DNA of 55,293 nucleotides, the filler included, from Platydemus manokwari (Eukaryota): assembly GCA_037951405.1 (NCBI GenBank). It is 5 parts of 5 records of this genome, joined end to end, with 100 filler letters (N's around TTAATTAATTAA, not from the genome) between each part and the next. Parts side by side here need not be neighbours in the genome. Positions count along the whole stretch, not along the records: positions 35,136 to 45,451 come from JBBMOY011145771.1; positions 45,552 to 55,293 come from JBBMOY011211098.1; 3 more parts are not named here. The stretch is one strand, 5' to 3'. The position numbers were made by a program, and so were the translations under genes. This document shows, piece by piece, positions 38,648-52,500 of this stretch; the first letter of the stretch is position 1, and every line of letters begins with the position of its first letter. Under the pieces are notes generated by a model, which ran no database searches, was not told the DNA's origin, and worked only from the letters and a program-made list of their open reading frames with translations.

Positions 38648-39233
38648 ATGGAATCGCAGTATTTGCATAGGTCGAAACAATCAAATAAAAATTTTAGATA
38701 TTCCACTAAATATGGTAAAAAAATTGCTAAAGATCAGAAGCGTTTTACTAAAACTCTGAGAAGAAATGAATATAATAAGGCTATTATGATTTACACCAAG
38801 TATTTTAAACATTTTATTTCAGGATTATGAAGATTATTCTGATGAAAGTGAGACTGATTGCGAAGGATTATCAGATGATGAAAAAATGTTAAATGAAGTA
38901 CATGAAGAAAGATCAGACCATAGACAAGGTTCACATTTCAACTATTCGTATGGTGATTCTGAATTTACTCATGGAAAATTATCTACTTTTTCTGATAAAC
39001 GAAAATCGAAAATTGTTGATTACACTTCTCTACCTTTTAAAATACTTAAGAAATTAAGGAATCATTTTGGTTTGTCAACTAGTAAGAAAAGTCAACTTGT
39101 CGATGTAACTTTGTGTGCTACTTATAACAATTTATTTATTGTAACTATTCAGGCTGTAACTCGGAAAATTTGCGAAAAACCATCAAATGATATAGATATT
39201 TTAAAGCAGTTTTTGATTAATATTAACAATTAA
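38648..39233 (+). CDS. SAP30-like protein (Sin3-binding domain), probably 3 exons
   Basis: Removing the 48-nt intron 39105-39152 gives VDYTSLPFKILKKLRNHFGLSTSKKSQLVDAVTRKICEKPSNDIDILKQFLININN, which aligns to SAP30 VDLYQLQVNTLRRYKRHFKL..NKAQLVEIV..PVNEKDTLTYFI. An acidic exon starts at 38823; the exon 1 join needs a GC donor at 38780. Confidence 0.68.
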
Positions 39234-40302
39234 ATAAATGTCATTGTATGTTATTAAATATTATAATAACATGTATCTTTTATTAGGTATCTTGATTATT
39301 GTCATATTATTTTGTTTAGTTATAAGCTTTAATCAAATTATATATTATTACGCAGCAAATTTCTGTAATTTATTATGTGATTACTGTACATTATAACAAA
39401 GGATTTGTCAACTAATTTTTTTAGCATAATGGGATACAAAATTAGATAATAAAACTGTTGTATTTAGTTGTTGCGTTAACACTTCAAAGAACGCAATGAA
39501 AATTAATAAATTTTGATGATAATCACTCTGGTCATGGGAGAAATTTAATTTCAATTTCATCCTATTTTTATGTGACAGATTGGTTGACAGAACAATTATT
39601 TGTGAACCCCAAAGTTTAATTAAAAATCAGTGTAATATATTTTGTAAATATAATTATGTTACTTTAGTTAAGAATACTTTGGTTAACAAAATGTAGTAAT
39701 TTTTTCTGTTTCGGTTTTTAAATTTCTTTAACTATGCAGCTGAACGAAGACATTATTCCTTAAAAACTGTGCCACGGGTGTGAATTAAGATAATAAGGAT
39801 TGATAGACTGTAATTTAGGGTAAATTTTCTACATGTCACAAATATCAAAATGCGGATAATCAGATCATTAGAATTTAATAAATTAAGTTTCTTAGGTTTT
39901 TGATACTTAGATGATGCATAAAACAAATAAAATGAAAGACATTGTTAAATATGCAATTATTATTGGTTAAGTTAAAATCATTTCAAAAAGATTAAACAAT
40001 TAAAATACAAATATTTAAATTTAGTGAAACAAATATAACAGTCTTAAAACGTTTCGGAAATTGAATATATAAATTTAATAATTAACAATTTACGAGAGAT
40101 TACAAGTCGTAAGAAAAAATTTAAATAATGATAATTATTCATAAATCCATTGTTCCAATGTAAATTACAAATAAAAACAGTCACATTTTATTTTGTGTAA
40201 AAGAAAATATAAAATTTTAAAGATCTTTTATGACAATATCTGAATGCAATTTTTGGAATCCTGAAAATGAAATATTGTTTCATGCATTTAAAAGATAAAT
40301 TA

Positions 40303-41096
40303 TTAATTGCATATTGCATCAGTGACCTTTCTTTTGCAAGTATCACAAACTACTTTACAACACCATTTGAATTTACATCGGCATGATTCATCTTTAATAT
40401 AAGTTTTAATATGATAACCACGCTGACAACATAAACGATAACAACTATTTTCTGGTTCTGGTTGAGAAGTTACAGTCGCATTACATAACCTGCCATTTGT
40501 TCCTAAAGTGCCTGCGTGAGGATTATGATTACAGTGATCCGGTGAATCGGTTAAGTAAAGCATATCAATTTCGGCAAACATTTCCTTTGACGGATATTTA
40601 GGAACTAATTTATTGTCGACGTAATCAACTTGTGTAATTTTTCGAAAACTTTCTTTTAATTGATCACTAATCACTCGAAAATCGGGTAAATTCCTGCTAC
40701 ATGTCTTCATTTCACATGATCCACTAACACCATGACATTTACATTTAATTTTCATTTTATTTATAACGGTCTGAAATAAAACCAAACTCATTTAAAATAA
40801 AAATGTAAACCTTACTTCTCGACCAACATGATTATTGTGCATATTAGTTAATGCACCGGGGGTTTGTTTTTTTAGTCTCATTTTCTCTCTAGCATCTAAA
40901 AACCTTCGGGAAAAAGCTGCTCCAAAATGTACATTATGTGAACAACCTGACCAAGTGAATTTGGAATCTTTTGGAGCCTCATAGACCGTCCTGTCACAAC
41001 CGCAGTTATTGTGAACTCCTTGACTGCATGCCCTAGTAACTTGATAAGAAACACCGGCAGAAATAACAGATAAAATAAAGGCTGATTCTGGAGTTG
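40303..41096 (-). CDS. WNT4: Wnt ligand, Wnt4-like (planarian wnt11/wntA group), last two exons (5' partial)
   Basis: Exons 41096-40816 and 40770-40303. CKCHGVSGSC, CGCDRT, FTWSGCSHN, HNNHVGRE and CRCKFKWCCKVVCDTC. Wnt family is certain; the subfamily is inferred from CGCDRT/WSGC. Confidence 0.9.
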
Positions 41097-44000
41097 CTAA
41101 ATTTTTATAAGATATTATTTTTAAAAAATCAAACAAAAAATTATATATGTACAAAATTTAACATATTTAAATACTAACAAAAAATTTATCGATAACACTG
41201 AATTTCTTTTACTTAAAAATAGAAAATTCCTTCACAGATCCTAAAAATATAACTATAAATTGATTCCAGATTATTTTAAAAATTATCTTTTATTGTGAAT
41301 TTACTCAACTAGGTTACATTCAAATTACGGTTAATATTATTATTTTATAAAGCTTCGTGCTTGTGATAAAAGCAATGTATAATTATTTATCTTTTCTTTA
41401 ATCTATTTGAAACTGTTGAAACCTTTAAGATGGTTCCCAAGTAGAAAATTTTGTAACATTGGTGGTTAAAATGAGTAAAATAGTTGTCGATTTGAATTAA
41501 TCTATAGAGGAATGTACGGTTCTATGCAATAATGATGAGTAAGGAAAACTAAGAAACCGATACATCGCCGGAATTTCCGGTTGCTCAATGTACACCTTAT
41601 TAGTCCTTACTATATATTTGGAATAATATAATAAAATTTTAGCCAATTATAATAAAATTAATTGTTTCATTTCTAAATTAAGTTTTAGCTTTTAAATGAA
41701 TTTTTCTGGTAAGTGGGTTTTAATGATTTATTATGTATCTCATTGATATATCTAATATACAGTTTTAATTACACCGTAATTGTGCCTTAGTAAATGTATA
41801 GCTACACTATGATGTTCAACAAAATTGATAAAACTTAACAAAATTAATCTCAAACAGGTTGGGGCACTAGGCATATTATTTAGAAATAGATAACTATTCA
41901 TTAACTAACCCTTTTAGCAATTAAAGAAAATCGCTAATAAGTAATACAGAATTATATACAAAAAAGATTCGTTCGAGAGATAATGATTATATAAAATATG
42001 AATTAATATTGAGACAATAATTAACACATCAGATATTATGTTAGAAAATTAACACTTCACAAAATCACAAGATATTATGGGAAAGATTTAATATTTCACA
42101 AAATCAATGTTCTCACACTTGTTTTGCAATTGGAAACTAATCTAAAATCGCTGCAACTACATATGAGTTATCAATTTATATCGAGATATTGATGAGATAC
42201 TCCTTGAGATATTTAAATATCGTATTTAGAAACACAAAACTAAAATCTTGTTTTATTTAAATGTAAGGTTTTCACTATGAAGCTCTAACACTTAATAATT
42301 GATTTTGTTTTATAACAACCATTGTATGACAACAATTAACACAATAATCAAAAAAATGATTAACAAACCACAGTTACACAATTATACAAAATCACAAAAT
42401 AATAACAACAAATCATATGAAATAATCAAACAAGCATAAGGAAACCAAATCCCAAACAAACAATCAGCGAATAAATCACAGAACAAAAACTATATATAGC
42501 ATGACAGAAAACGAAAATTAGACTACGCAACAATTGGTAGTACAAAATTTCGAAACACAAAAAGCATTCGCAAGCAGAATTATTCAAATGTGCACAAACA
42601 AAACAAATCAAGCATTCGCAAGGAAAGGAACAAAGCCTGAAGAAAACCTAGTATTCAGCAAGCAGACAGATTCAAGCATTCGAAAAGGCATTCACCAAGC
42701 ATTCAGCAGCTTAACCAATTAGTAACTTTTTACAGTTTAATTTCATGAAAATGTCCGTAAAAGGGATGATCACGCAGCAAATTAACCTAACCTTCTTTTT
42801 CATCCAGAATTGAGTGGCACTAGAACAACAGCTGAACACAAAAACCACTGCGTTACACATTCGTTGTGGTTATTTATTTTCCAATTTATTGTATCAAATA
42901 TATCTTAGTACTATATTTATTTACCCATAACCTTATTAACCGTAAAGGGTCAGATATTTAGTGGAGTTTATAACTCATAGGTTGATTGTTAGCAGCACAT
43001 TAAATTAAGAGTTTCTTGTCAGTCAATAATCGATATTACCAAAACTATTACATTTACAAAGTAATACATTTTATTAGCCTCTTCAGATTTTATTAAGAAT
43101 AAAATCTTTATAAATGAATGACTTTATTACAGAGTATCTATTTTATCAAAATAAGAAAAATTTCGAAAAAATTAATTTCAAAATATGTGTACTTATGAAT
43201 GGAAAGCATCCGACGTCTTAATATAGAAAGTTTCATTTTAAATGAATTTTTTAAACAATACTTTTGGGCGTGTGGAGTGTGTTTGTAGCATTAATGAGGA
43301 ACCGAGTGCATTTCAAGAGCAGGTTCAAATTAGCTAAACATAAAATTTTATAAATGAGTTTGTTCACTGTAAATTAAAATTTTTGATAATTTATCGAAAT
43401 AATTTATTTGTCTAAATTTATTTACAATTTCGATGTAGTTTCCTTACATTTTCTTGGTGTTTTATAACCAATTTATTCATATAAATATTTATTATATTAT
43501 GGTTGTTTTAAATCTTGGAAACGAATTGTTTGAATATCAATTGCATCATAATTCTGAAGAATGAAATAAATTCATACCGATGTTGGATGTATACATTATA
43601 TCGAACATTAATAATAATCACGGGATATTTCGTTACTATTAATCTACTTCAATTTAAAATATTTTTTTATAATTTACTTCTGATATAAAAATATATAAAT
43701 CTGAGCAGTATTATTCTTGTTTTAAATAATATTGGTCATAGGAAAAACATAGCAACAGTATTGGGGTTATGGTCAAAGCAAAGTTGAAAATCTAAACCAA
43801 ATAAATTTGAATCAATTTCTATATATATATCAAGCTAATTAACTTAGGTCTTTATTAAATGCTGAATAAAATAAACATTTTTTTTTCAAAGTTCGAATCT
43901 TAAATTCCGAAGCAGTGCAAAAATAACAGTTTTATAAATTTTAAGGGTGTCCATTTGAGGGTGTTCTGTTATATGACGATGTTCAAAAGGTATAATAGTA

Positions 44001-45451
44001 ATAATAATCATGATATTTGTTGCTGAATATAACAAGAACAGTCTATAATAATCAACAATATTTTATTTTTGTGCATGGAAAGTATTTTAATGTTAAATAT
44101 GTTTTATTAAATGAAAACCTCTTGATTAGCAACTGAAGAAAATTGAAAAGAATAGAAATTATTGTTTCATTAAAATGCTCGTGTTATATCTAAATTACCC
44201 CTATTCTATTTCAATAAACATCCGAATATTATCTCGGACTTTCAAGAGAGCAACAGAATATTGAAAAATCCAAAGATTATGTCCCAAAAAATTAAATAAT
44301 AGATTAATAAAAAATAAATAACCAATAATAAATTCATGAGAAGAACCTAGCATAAATATGGTATAACAATTCAATACCCTTGACCATAAACAAGAAATCC
44401 GTTAATGTGGTGGTAAGCCAGAAAATATTCAAACCTATTTTACTAACCATTAACTTTCCAAGAGGTAGTAGGTCTGTAAATCGTATTTGAATAGTCTAGT
44501 GTAGCATAAAAATCATTGTTATTTGTAATTTTGGTGAGTTATAATAATTAAAGTTTGGTTATAATAATTAAAGTATATATATTAAAGTCATTTTGATAAA
44601 GAAATCATTCCTTGCCAAGTCAGCATCGAGTTAATTCCGATTTGTAAATAATTAATGTCCATGTTAATAATAAGGATGGGATAAACAAAGACATGTATGT
44701 TTAAAGAAAAAAGAAGCCGTATTGATCATTATTCAAATGGAACTATGACTTTTAATGATATTCTGCCTAAAAATTTTAAAATATTTAAAATTAAATAATA
44801 AATTATATCCCACAAATTGATATATATTTTCATGATTATTATATTAGCCAAAAATATTATTGAAGTTGGTGCTAATTTCACTTCTGAGTTTAAATTTTCC
44901 AAAATAAATGAGTTAAATAGATCGAGGAAATTTAATTTTGCATTTCTCGTTCAATACATTGGAGGAAAAGGAAATTGTATTGGAACAAGAGATAGAACCG
45001 CTGATAAAAATTGTAGAACAGAATTTATACATATTGATCCATGTTGAGTCCGTAACACCTAGGTTCAAAAATGACATATTAAAAGTTGTGTTAATATACT
45101 TCGAATCGATAATTTTTTGAGTGAGAAAGAGTCTTGGAAGATTTATGATCCCATTATAACAAATGAAAAAATAAACGAACGAAAGTTGATAGTGGTTTAT
45201 AGTTTAAAATTTTGATATCTTATGAAATGTTAGGTATTACTACAACTATTTTACCTGCTTTCTGGTGTTGAGATTTTTCCTGTAATTACTTTATATTGCG
45301 TTGTAGGAACAACTTTACTAACAATAATAAATATAGATATCGAATAGTCTTTTAATATTTAATGAAGTAGTAAGAAAAAGAAAATATGTAGAGAAGGTAA
45401 TGAAGCAATGAAACATGGTATTGATAAACTTTATGTATTCCAACTAAAAGC

Positions 45452-45551
45452 NNNNNNNNNNNNNNNNNNNNNNNNNNNNNNNNNNNNNNNNNNNNTTAAT
45501 TAATTAANNNNNNNNNNNNNNNNNNNNNNNNNNNNNNNNNNNNNNNNNNNN
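45452..45551. other. Artificial contig linker N44-TTAATTAATTAA-N44
   Basis: Core at 45496-45507; 100 nt in total. Confidence 0.97.
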
Positions 45552-46330
45552 GACGATGATCCAAAGACTTCCTCTTTATTTAAAAGGCGCAGCAAGAGAC
45601 GCGTACAACCACATCGACAAACAAAACATTGCCTAATGAAAAGCAATGCAAGATGCATTACCAGAGAAGTTAATTAGCGGTGACGTTAGCCGCATTCTGA
45701 TCGCAGAAAGCAGGTGATATTGCGTGATATTGCGTGCCGAAAAACACTTGCAGAAAAAGTATTCGGACTGAAAGCGCGATAGTTAGCCAGCCTGTAACAT
45801 ATGCCACAGAAACAGATATCTCTTTTATGGGTAAAATTGAAAGGCCATCACTCACGAAATCCATCGTCAATACTCATCCAAAATCGATGTGTTCATTCGC
45901 AAAATTACGTCAATCGACTGTCAGTGACTCTCCGAGAAAGCAGCAAGTGGTGACATGCATTAAATGCAATGGATTTGAACACTATACCAATCAATGCAAA
46001 TTTGCATTTGCTATTGAGAATCCATAGAAATCTCGAAGTAGTTTCACTTTCACAATTTTCAAACGCAAGATTCATCAGTTCGCAACAATAGATTTTTCAT
46101 GTGTAATATCCATCATCTTGCGAGAGACTGCAAAACAGGAATCTTCACAAAATCACCTCAAGGTGACATTGTTAACACTCAAGGTCCTATTAAATTCTTC
46201 TCATGTGGTAACTTCAGGCATTTTGCAAGATCATGTCCACGAAACACAAGCAGATTTCAACAATCGCATCTAAAAAAGAAAGTAAGTTTTCAAGACAATC
46301 AATCCAAAGTCAATTTCACACAATCCTAAT
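45552..46330 (+). mobile_element. Retroelement gag remnant with three CCHC zinc knuckles
   Basis: CIKCNGFEHYTNQC, FMCNIHHLARDC and FSCGNFRHFARSC, the last two degenerate; frameshifted. Confidence 0.7.
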
Positions 46331-46339
46331 CACAAATTC

Positions 46340-47600
46340 CATGAGAATCAGAGATATTGATGATGAAAAATAAACTAGAACGATGGATCGACAGGCTAGG
46401 AGGTGACGAAGGGTATAATTTAATGATTAAACCAAATAAATTGTTGAGATGGAGAAATGAAGGGTATGGTATTAGTAATGAGAACATTGATGATGATGAG
46501 AGTATTAAAAAATTGAGGAGTTGGAACATAAAATTGAAGAATTGTATGACATGTTTTGAGGAAATTTCGAGAGTAGTTTAGAATACGGTGACGGACATCC
46601 ATTAACTTTCTAACTTAGGCGGAAATAAAAACGAGTTATGTTCGGTTATGTTGTCTCAGCTTTCGAGAAGTACTTTAATTTAATCAGGGTTTATGAAGGA
46701 AATGACGGATATGTTAAATTTTATAGCAATTACTTATAAAGGAAAAGATTTTGAAATTTTTGTTGAAAATTGGATAGGGGATTTGATTAAAGTAAAGCTA
46801 AATTCTTTTTCGAGAGTTCGAGATATTAGAAGCCAGATTGTTGGAGGAAATGCTCCTCTTACATTTTCGAATCAAATTTTACGGGGTGATGATTGTGTGA
46901 TGATTTATGGCATTGTGTCAGAAAAAGATATTGTTGCGAAAATGAAAAAAACGATGTATAGGAGAATGAAGGAACTTTGCAAAAATGTTAACGCAGTCTA
47001 TTTGTAAAGGAAGAACCATTGAATTTTAGCGAAATAGTGAAAATTTTGGAAATTATCAAGGAAAACATATCAATGTTTCTTAATTTGAATGAGTTAATAT
47101 ATTTATGAGAACCGTATATATAACAACGTTTACCTATTAATTCCACTTTCAGAAGTATTTTTACGTTGTGTGGAAAAATATGGAAAAAAGAAGGTTTAAA
47201 TTTACCTCCGTTTGAGATCAATTTGATGAAATCAGTAGTTGAAATGGAGAATTTCAAAGAGCATTGGTATACAAATGTAAAGAGGATCAGAAGAAATATT
47301 TTAGAAAAGTTGAGAAACGAAGCAGTAATTTATTATTTTATTATATTGCGGTCAAAAATTAGATGATGATGAATATTTGTTTAATTACGGATATGTTCAA
47401 AAATAAAATTAATGTGGAGTTCATTAAGAACAAGGTATTACTGATGAAAAAGTAGTAGCAAAAGTGAGCATTATTATTTATAACAAAGATATTATTATAA
47501 AGTACTAATTTAGAAGATTTGCGTACATTTTATTATTCAAAACAAATTAAAAATTTTAAAAGAAATTAAAATATTTCCCAGAAAGTTTTTTTTATTGCCA
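46340..47600 (+). pseudogene. Disrupted intronless ORF containing a ubiquitin-like domain
   Basis: A chain of same-strand ORF fragments; FEIFVENWIGDLIKVKLNSFSRVRDIRSQIV..LTFSNQILRGDDCVMIYGI follows the ubiquitin beta-grasp pattern (QIFVK..G..I.LEV..TI..VK.KI..LIF..QL..YNI). Confidence 0.5.
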
Positions 47601-48871
47601 GCCTTAATTTATTCACTGGTGAGAGAAATTCTCTCAGAATATATTTATTAGGTAGAGAAATTATTTGATATTGATATTTTATAAATTAATTTATTATTTT
47701 AGGGAATTTTGATGGATATGATATTGGTAAATTTATTGCTATATATTATTTTATGTATATATAATTAATATTTATTATAAATATCAATATTTCAAACGGG
47801 TCTTTTCTCAGGAATCCGTAGGTCATCAAAATATAAAAAATACACATTGATTAAATAAAAATTAATACCATAAAAATGAATTTTTTGTAATTGTAAATTA
47901 GTTGTTGCAAATAACTTGTTGGGCCAGAACCCCAACATCTTTTCCAAATATTTTGCCGTTAAATATTTTAAATTTTTTCAAGATGAGATTCTCAAGATTA
48001 TTTATTTATTCATTTAATTTACTATAAATAACTTGTTTGTATTTTTCACCATTATTAGAAGTTGAAACTTTACCCGGATTCTAAAATATTTTTTAACTTT
48101 CAAATCTTCTTCTTTTTCCAATGACTATTTCCCTTTCCTTATTTCATTTATTAATAAAGCTTTCTAATATCACGGCAGTATCTGCATGATATTTTTACTG
48201 AGATATAATTTACACTAACGAAGAATTAAATTGATTCTTTTAAAGATATTAAATTGACTTTTATAGTTAATTCTATATTTGAATACACAAATATTAGACT
48301 TTGATTGTTAAATTGCGTTATTCAAGTAAATATGAGTGTTTTAATTTATAGTTTGGTTTCTAAACTATTCTAGAGGAACTACTTGATCATTAAATTTGAT
48401 ATTAAAATATAAATTATTAATGAACTTTGATTATTAAACTAATGTCAATCTTTCAAACTTATTGTATCGTGTGTTCCCATATACTATATTATATTGCATT
48501 AATTGGATAAGATATATTAATTATTATATAAATTAGAAAACAAGTTAATTTTGCAATAAACTTTATTTAGATAATATATTAATTTAAGATATCTTTATTA
48601 ATACATTTAATTCTGACCCATGAAAAAAGTTTCTTGAACCTTAGTTAATTGTAATTATTTTTCGATGATATTATGGTTGTTAAACTTTATTTTTCTAAAA
48701 TATCAATTAAAATTTAATTATAGAAAATATTAAAAAGTACGAACTTATGTTTAAATAATGTCATTAGTTTCGAATATTTTAAATAAGATATATTTATAAA
48801 TATATTTAATCATGTCATGGATTAAACCATTCGATAAAATGTCTGCATAAATACTTCAATTTTAGTAAATC

Positions 48872-49311
48872 ATATCAACTAAATCTCGTCGAAGACTAAT
48901 GAATGATTTCCTTTAATTGCAAGGAGAACCTATTTTAGAAATCTATGTTGTACCTGTCGAATGTTACGACAAGCTATTATTCTTGGTCCTTGTGGAAATC
49001 TATTTGATGATGATGTATTTAAATTAAGCATGGAATTTTAAGAAGATTATCCACATAAGCCACCGAGTGTTAAATTCATCAGCCGAATGTTTCATCTCAA
49101 CATTTACACTGATGGAAATATTTGTCTGGACATTTTACAAGATATGTGGTCACCATCAGTCAATATTTGTGCCGTTCTTACATCTGGACAATCTTTGTTT
49201 GGTGATCCTAATCCCAATTCAAACGCTGCTATATTGCATGAAATGAGAAATGTCGAATATTGTAAAAAGTGCCCGAAATGGTCGATGAATCTCAGACATA
49301 TCGCAGTGTGA
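48872..49311 (+). pseudogene. UBE2A: RAD6/UBE2A-B ubiquitin-conjugating enzyme pseudogene (intronless, probably processed)
   Basis: (I)[72 protein letters not shown]. Start codon reads ATA, two in-frame stops, deletions, AATAAA at about 49350. Confidence 0.88.
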
Positions 49312-49564
49312 TGTAGAAATCTGTTATTTTCATTTAATTTTCTTTCAAAAATAAATAAAACTTGTCTTGTTCCATTAAATATTTTATTTATAAAGAAATT
49401 TGTTTAATATGCTTATGTTTATTGTTGGTTTTGTGTTATTTTTCAATGGAAAGCGCTTTGTTAAAGATCTGATCTGTCGATGTGGAGTAATTATTGGCGA
49501 TATTTGTGATTATTATTGATGATTTTGTTGGTACTAGTTGTATGCCCCTATATTGTTTATGTTA

Positions 49565-52500
49565 TAAAGGCACTACCCAGTCAAACTGTGGACCCTTCGT
49601 ATGTGGTTATGCAGTAAGTCTTGCCAACAATCGCAATATCAATGAAATCAATGCGATAGACATGCGAATCGAGGTTATATCAGAAACTGAGAGAGACTGG
49701 ACTAAACCAAGAAATGTTGGAGATGGTTATTCAGAACAAATGCAAATCACCCAATACCAAGATGATCACCTACTATTCACAGATAAGCAAATGATCGTAC
49801 TAGCCAGGAGAGAGATTATAAGTAAAAGTTTCTGGTTCTAGATCCATTTCTGAGTAAAGCCTATGACAACATAGAAGAAATCAATGAATTCCTACCCAAC
49901 AATAGAGAGATTATCTTCTGCCCATTACTAATGAAGTGTAAAAATGGATATTAGTAATGGCAAACACCACAACGAACGAAATAATAATGCTTGATCCAGA
50001 AGGCAACTCGCAGAACGATGAGAAGACAAGTATAACAAATAACGTAAATGAAAATCTCTCAATTCTAGTATGGAACAAAAAAGGAATTGATATCGTCGAG
50101 TTTAACCCCATCAGAGTGTTGCAAATAAACTTTGGAGAAAGCAGACCACTGGTCTTCGGGTATATACGCAATACTTGCAACAATAGTAGCCTGTTCCGAA
50201 TTAACACAACTGCAATTAAGATGAAAGCCATCCAAGCGATTATCGATCATCAGAAATGAATAATGAGGGGTGAACAACTACTAGCCATTCCAAAAGATAC
50301 AATTCAGATCAGGCAAAGTCTGGCTCACAGTTTGGCAAATAACTTGGAAAAAGATTCATTAAAAGAGACATACAAAATCATCTGTGAATTTATCATAACT
50401 ATGACAGTGATTAGATCACCTGGGTATCCATTCCTCGGTAAAGCAACAAATGAAATGGAAAGGGGAAAACAGACATGAAACTCCGAAATCTGTTCAATAT
50501 CGCCCCATCTGCTGCTTTTGGAATAATTATCAAATCTACTCATGCAAATACTTGGCCAAAATGGAAGACTTCGAAATACATTACAGAAACAAACCAGTCG
50601 ATCCAATAAAATTACCAGATTGTATTAGTCCTTGTGTGACACAATGCAATTAATTCTGTGAAATCAAAAGGTATGCAAAGAGAAGCCTTAATTTTTCATT
50701 TCAAACTATCGAAATTGAAACAATATATAAAACTTTACGTCATAAGAATCCAACAGCTCCGAGAAGGAACAATATCGAATACAAGGATATATCCTATGCC
50801 GACCCAAATTGTGAATTATTGAAAGTACTATCTGACAAATACATGGAGCTAAATGAAATACCTGAAGAGTGGAAAACATATTCTACGATCATGATACCCA
50901 AACCGATGAAGGAGAGTGAATATGACAATCGGATCATGGAGACCGATCGAACTCCTCGATTGTTGTTACAAAATACTCACAAAAATCCTATGCCAACAAC
51001 TTCGGAGTTGGATCAATGAGAACAATCTAATTCACTATTGCAAAAAAGTCTGGGGCCAACTGATGGGTGCAAGGAGGACAACTTTATTATTCGAGCTCTG
51101 TTAGAAAATTACTCAAGGAAAGTAAGAGATGACATTCACATCTCATTCATGGGCATTGAGGAAGCCTTTTCTTAGATAAACATCACAGCAATGACGAAGA
51201 TATTGGAATATATGGACCTGGATGAAAATGCTATAAAAATGGTCAAATGCATGTACAACAACTGCTGGACTACGTTCAAGTGTGGAGGTAATGAGACGTG
51301 AGGTTTGTCATGATTGCCCAATATCAATGTTGTTATTCAACATTTCAATGAACCCAATTCTTGTAAAGATGGATCAAAACCAATTGGGTCAATTATTATT
51401 GGCTAATAATAAAATCTCATGTCTTGCATACGCTGATGACCTTGAGCTGATTGGTAGGGACGCCAATAGTGTACAATGAATGATCAACAAGGCTTTTGAA
51501 TTGGCGACCACACCTGGATTCAAGTTCAAACCATCTAAATGCGGATACCTACACAATGAAAGAGAATGCTCTATGCTATATAACTTAGATGTGAACAATA
51601 AACCAGTTCCAATAATCATTTTTGACAACCATTATCGGTATTTGGGTGTGAATTTCTAACTGAAGTTAGACAATTCCACAGAAAATCTATTCAACGATTT
51701 GAAAACAACGATAAAAATGCTCACAAATTCAATTGTGCTTCCTTGGCAGAAACTCAGAACATTTGAACTTATTATCTATAAGAAATGCACTTTTTCCTGA
51801 GAAATTATTATATCACACATATAAAACTCAACGAATGCGACAATATGATGAAAAAAATACTTGAAGACAATACTGGATGTATCAAAATATTGCAGCACAA
51901 ATTACATATATGCCTCCAAAGCTAATAGGGGATGCGGTCTACGTAATATGACAGAAGGTTATACAATTTAATCAATCGTCCATGCCTACTATCTCTTCAC
52001 GAGCAAGCATGAAGTTATCGGACTGACAGCAGTGCACTCTCTATGTCAATCAGCAAAAACCGAAATAGAAGTGAATGACATCAACGACGCACTCAATTGA
52101 ATGAACTTACACATTTCTGGAACCCGCAGAAGCAAAACTTGGTGGGACGAAGTAATTGAGGCGATCAGATATGCAGCGAATAAACTCCACACAAATATTC
52201 GCTTTGAGACAATTAATGGTGCCCTCATGCTCAGAATCGTACATATATCAACTCCAATGGTCTTAGTTATACAAAAGCATCGACAGTGGAACAAAAAATA
52301 TTAAACAAGTTCCTAAACTTCTTTGACGGTATTTTTTTCAATCGTTTCAAATCCAATGGAATGAATAAATCAGAACGGGCGATACAAAATCTTATGTGGT
52401 ACGGTTAGCCCTATGTGGATCAAGACAGTATACCATGGCCACTTAACATTTCCAGAGTTCGTATTCATCAACAAGACCAAAACGGATTCCTTAATAACTT

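Noticed and set aside
44817-45200. Overlapping short plus-strand ORFs
   Set aside because: No recognisable motif or splice structure.
41097-45451. Upstream Wnt exons
   Set aside because: No ECQxQF..RWNC-type exon found; they probably lie beyond the contig break.
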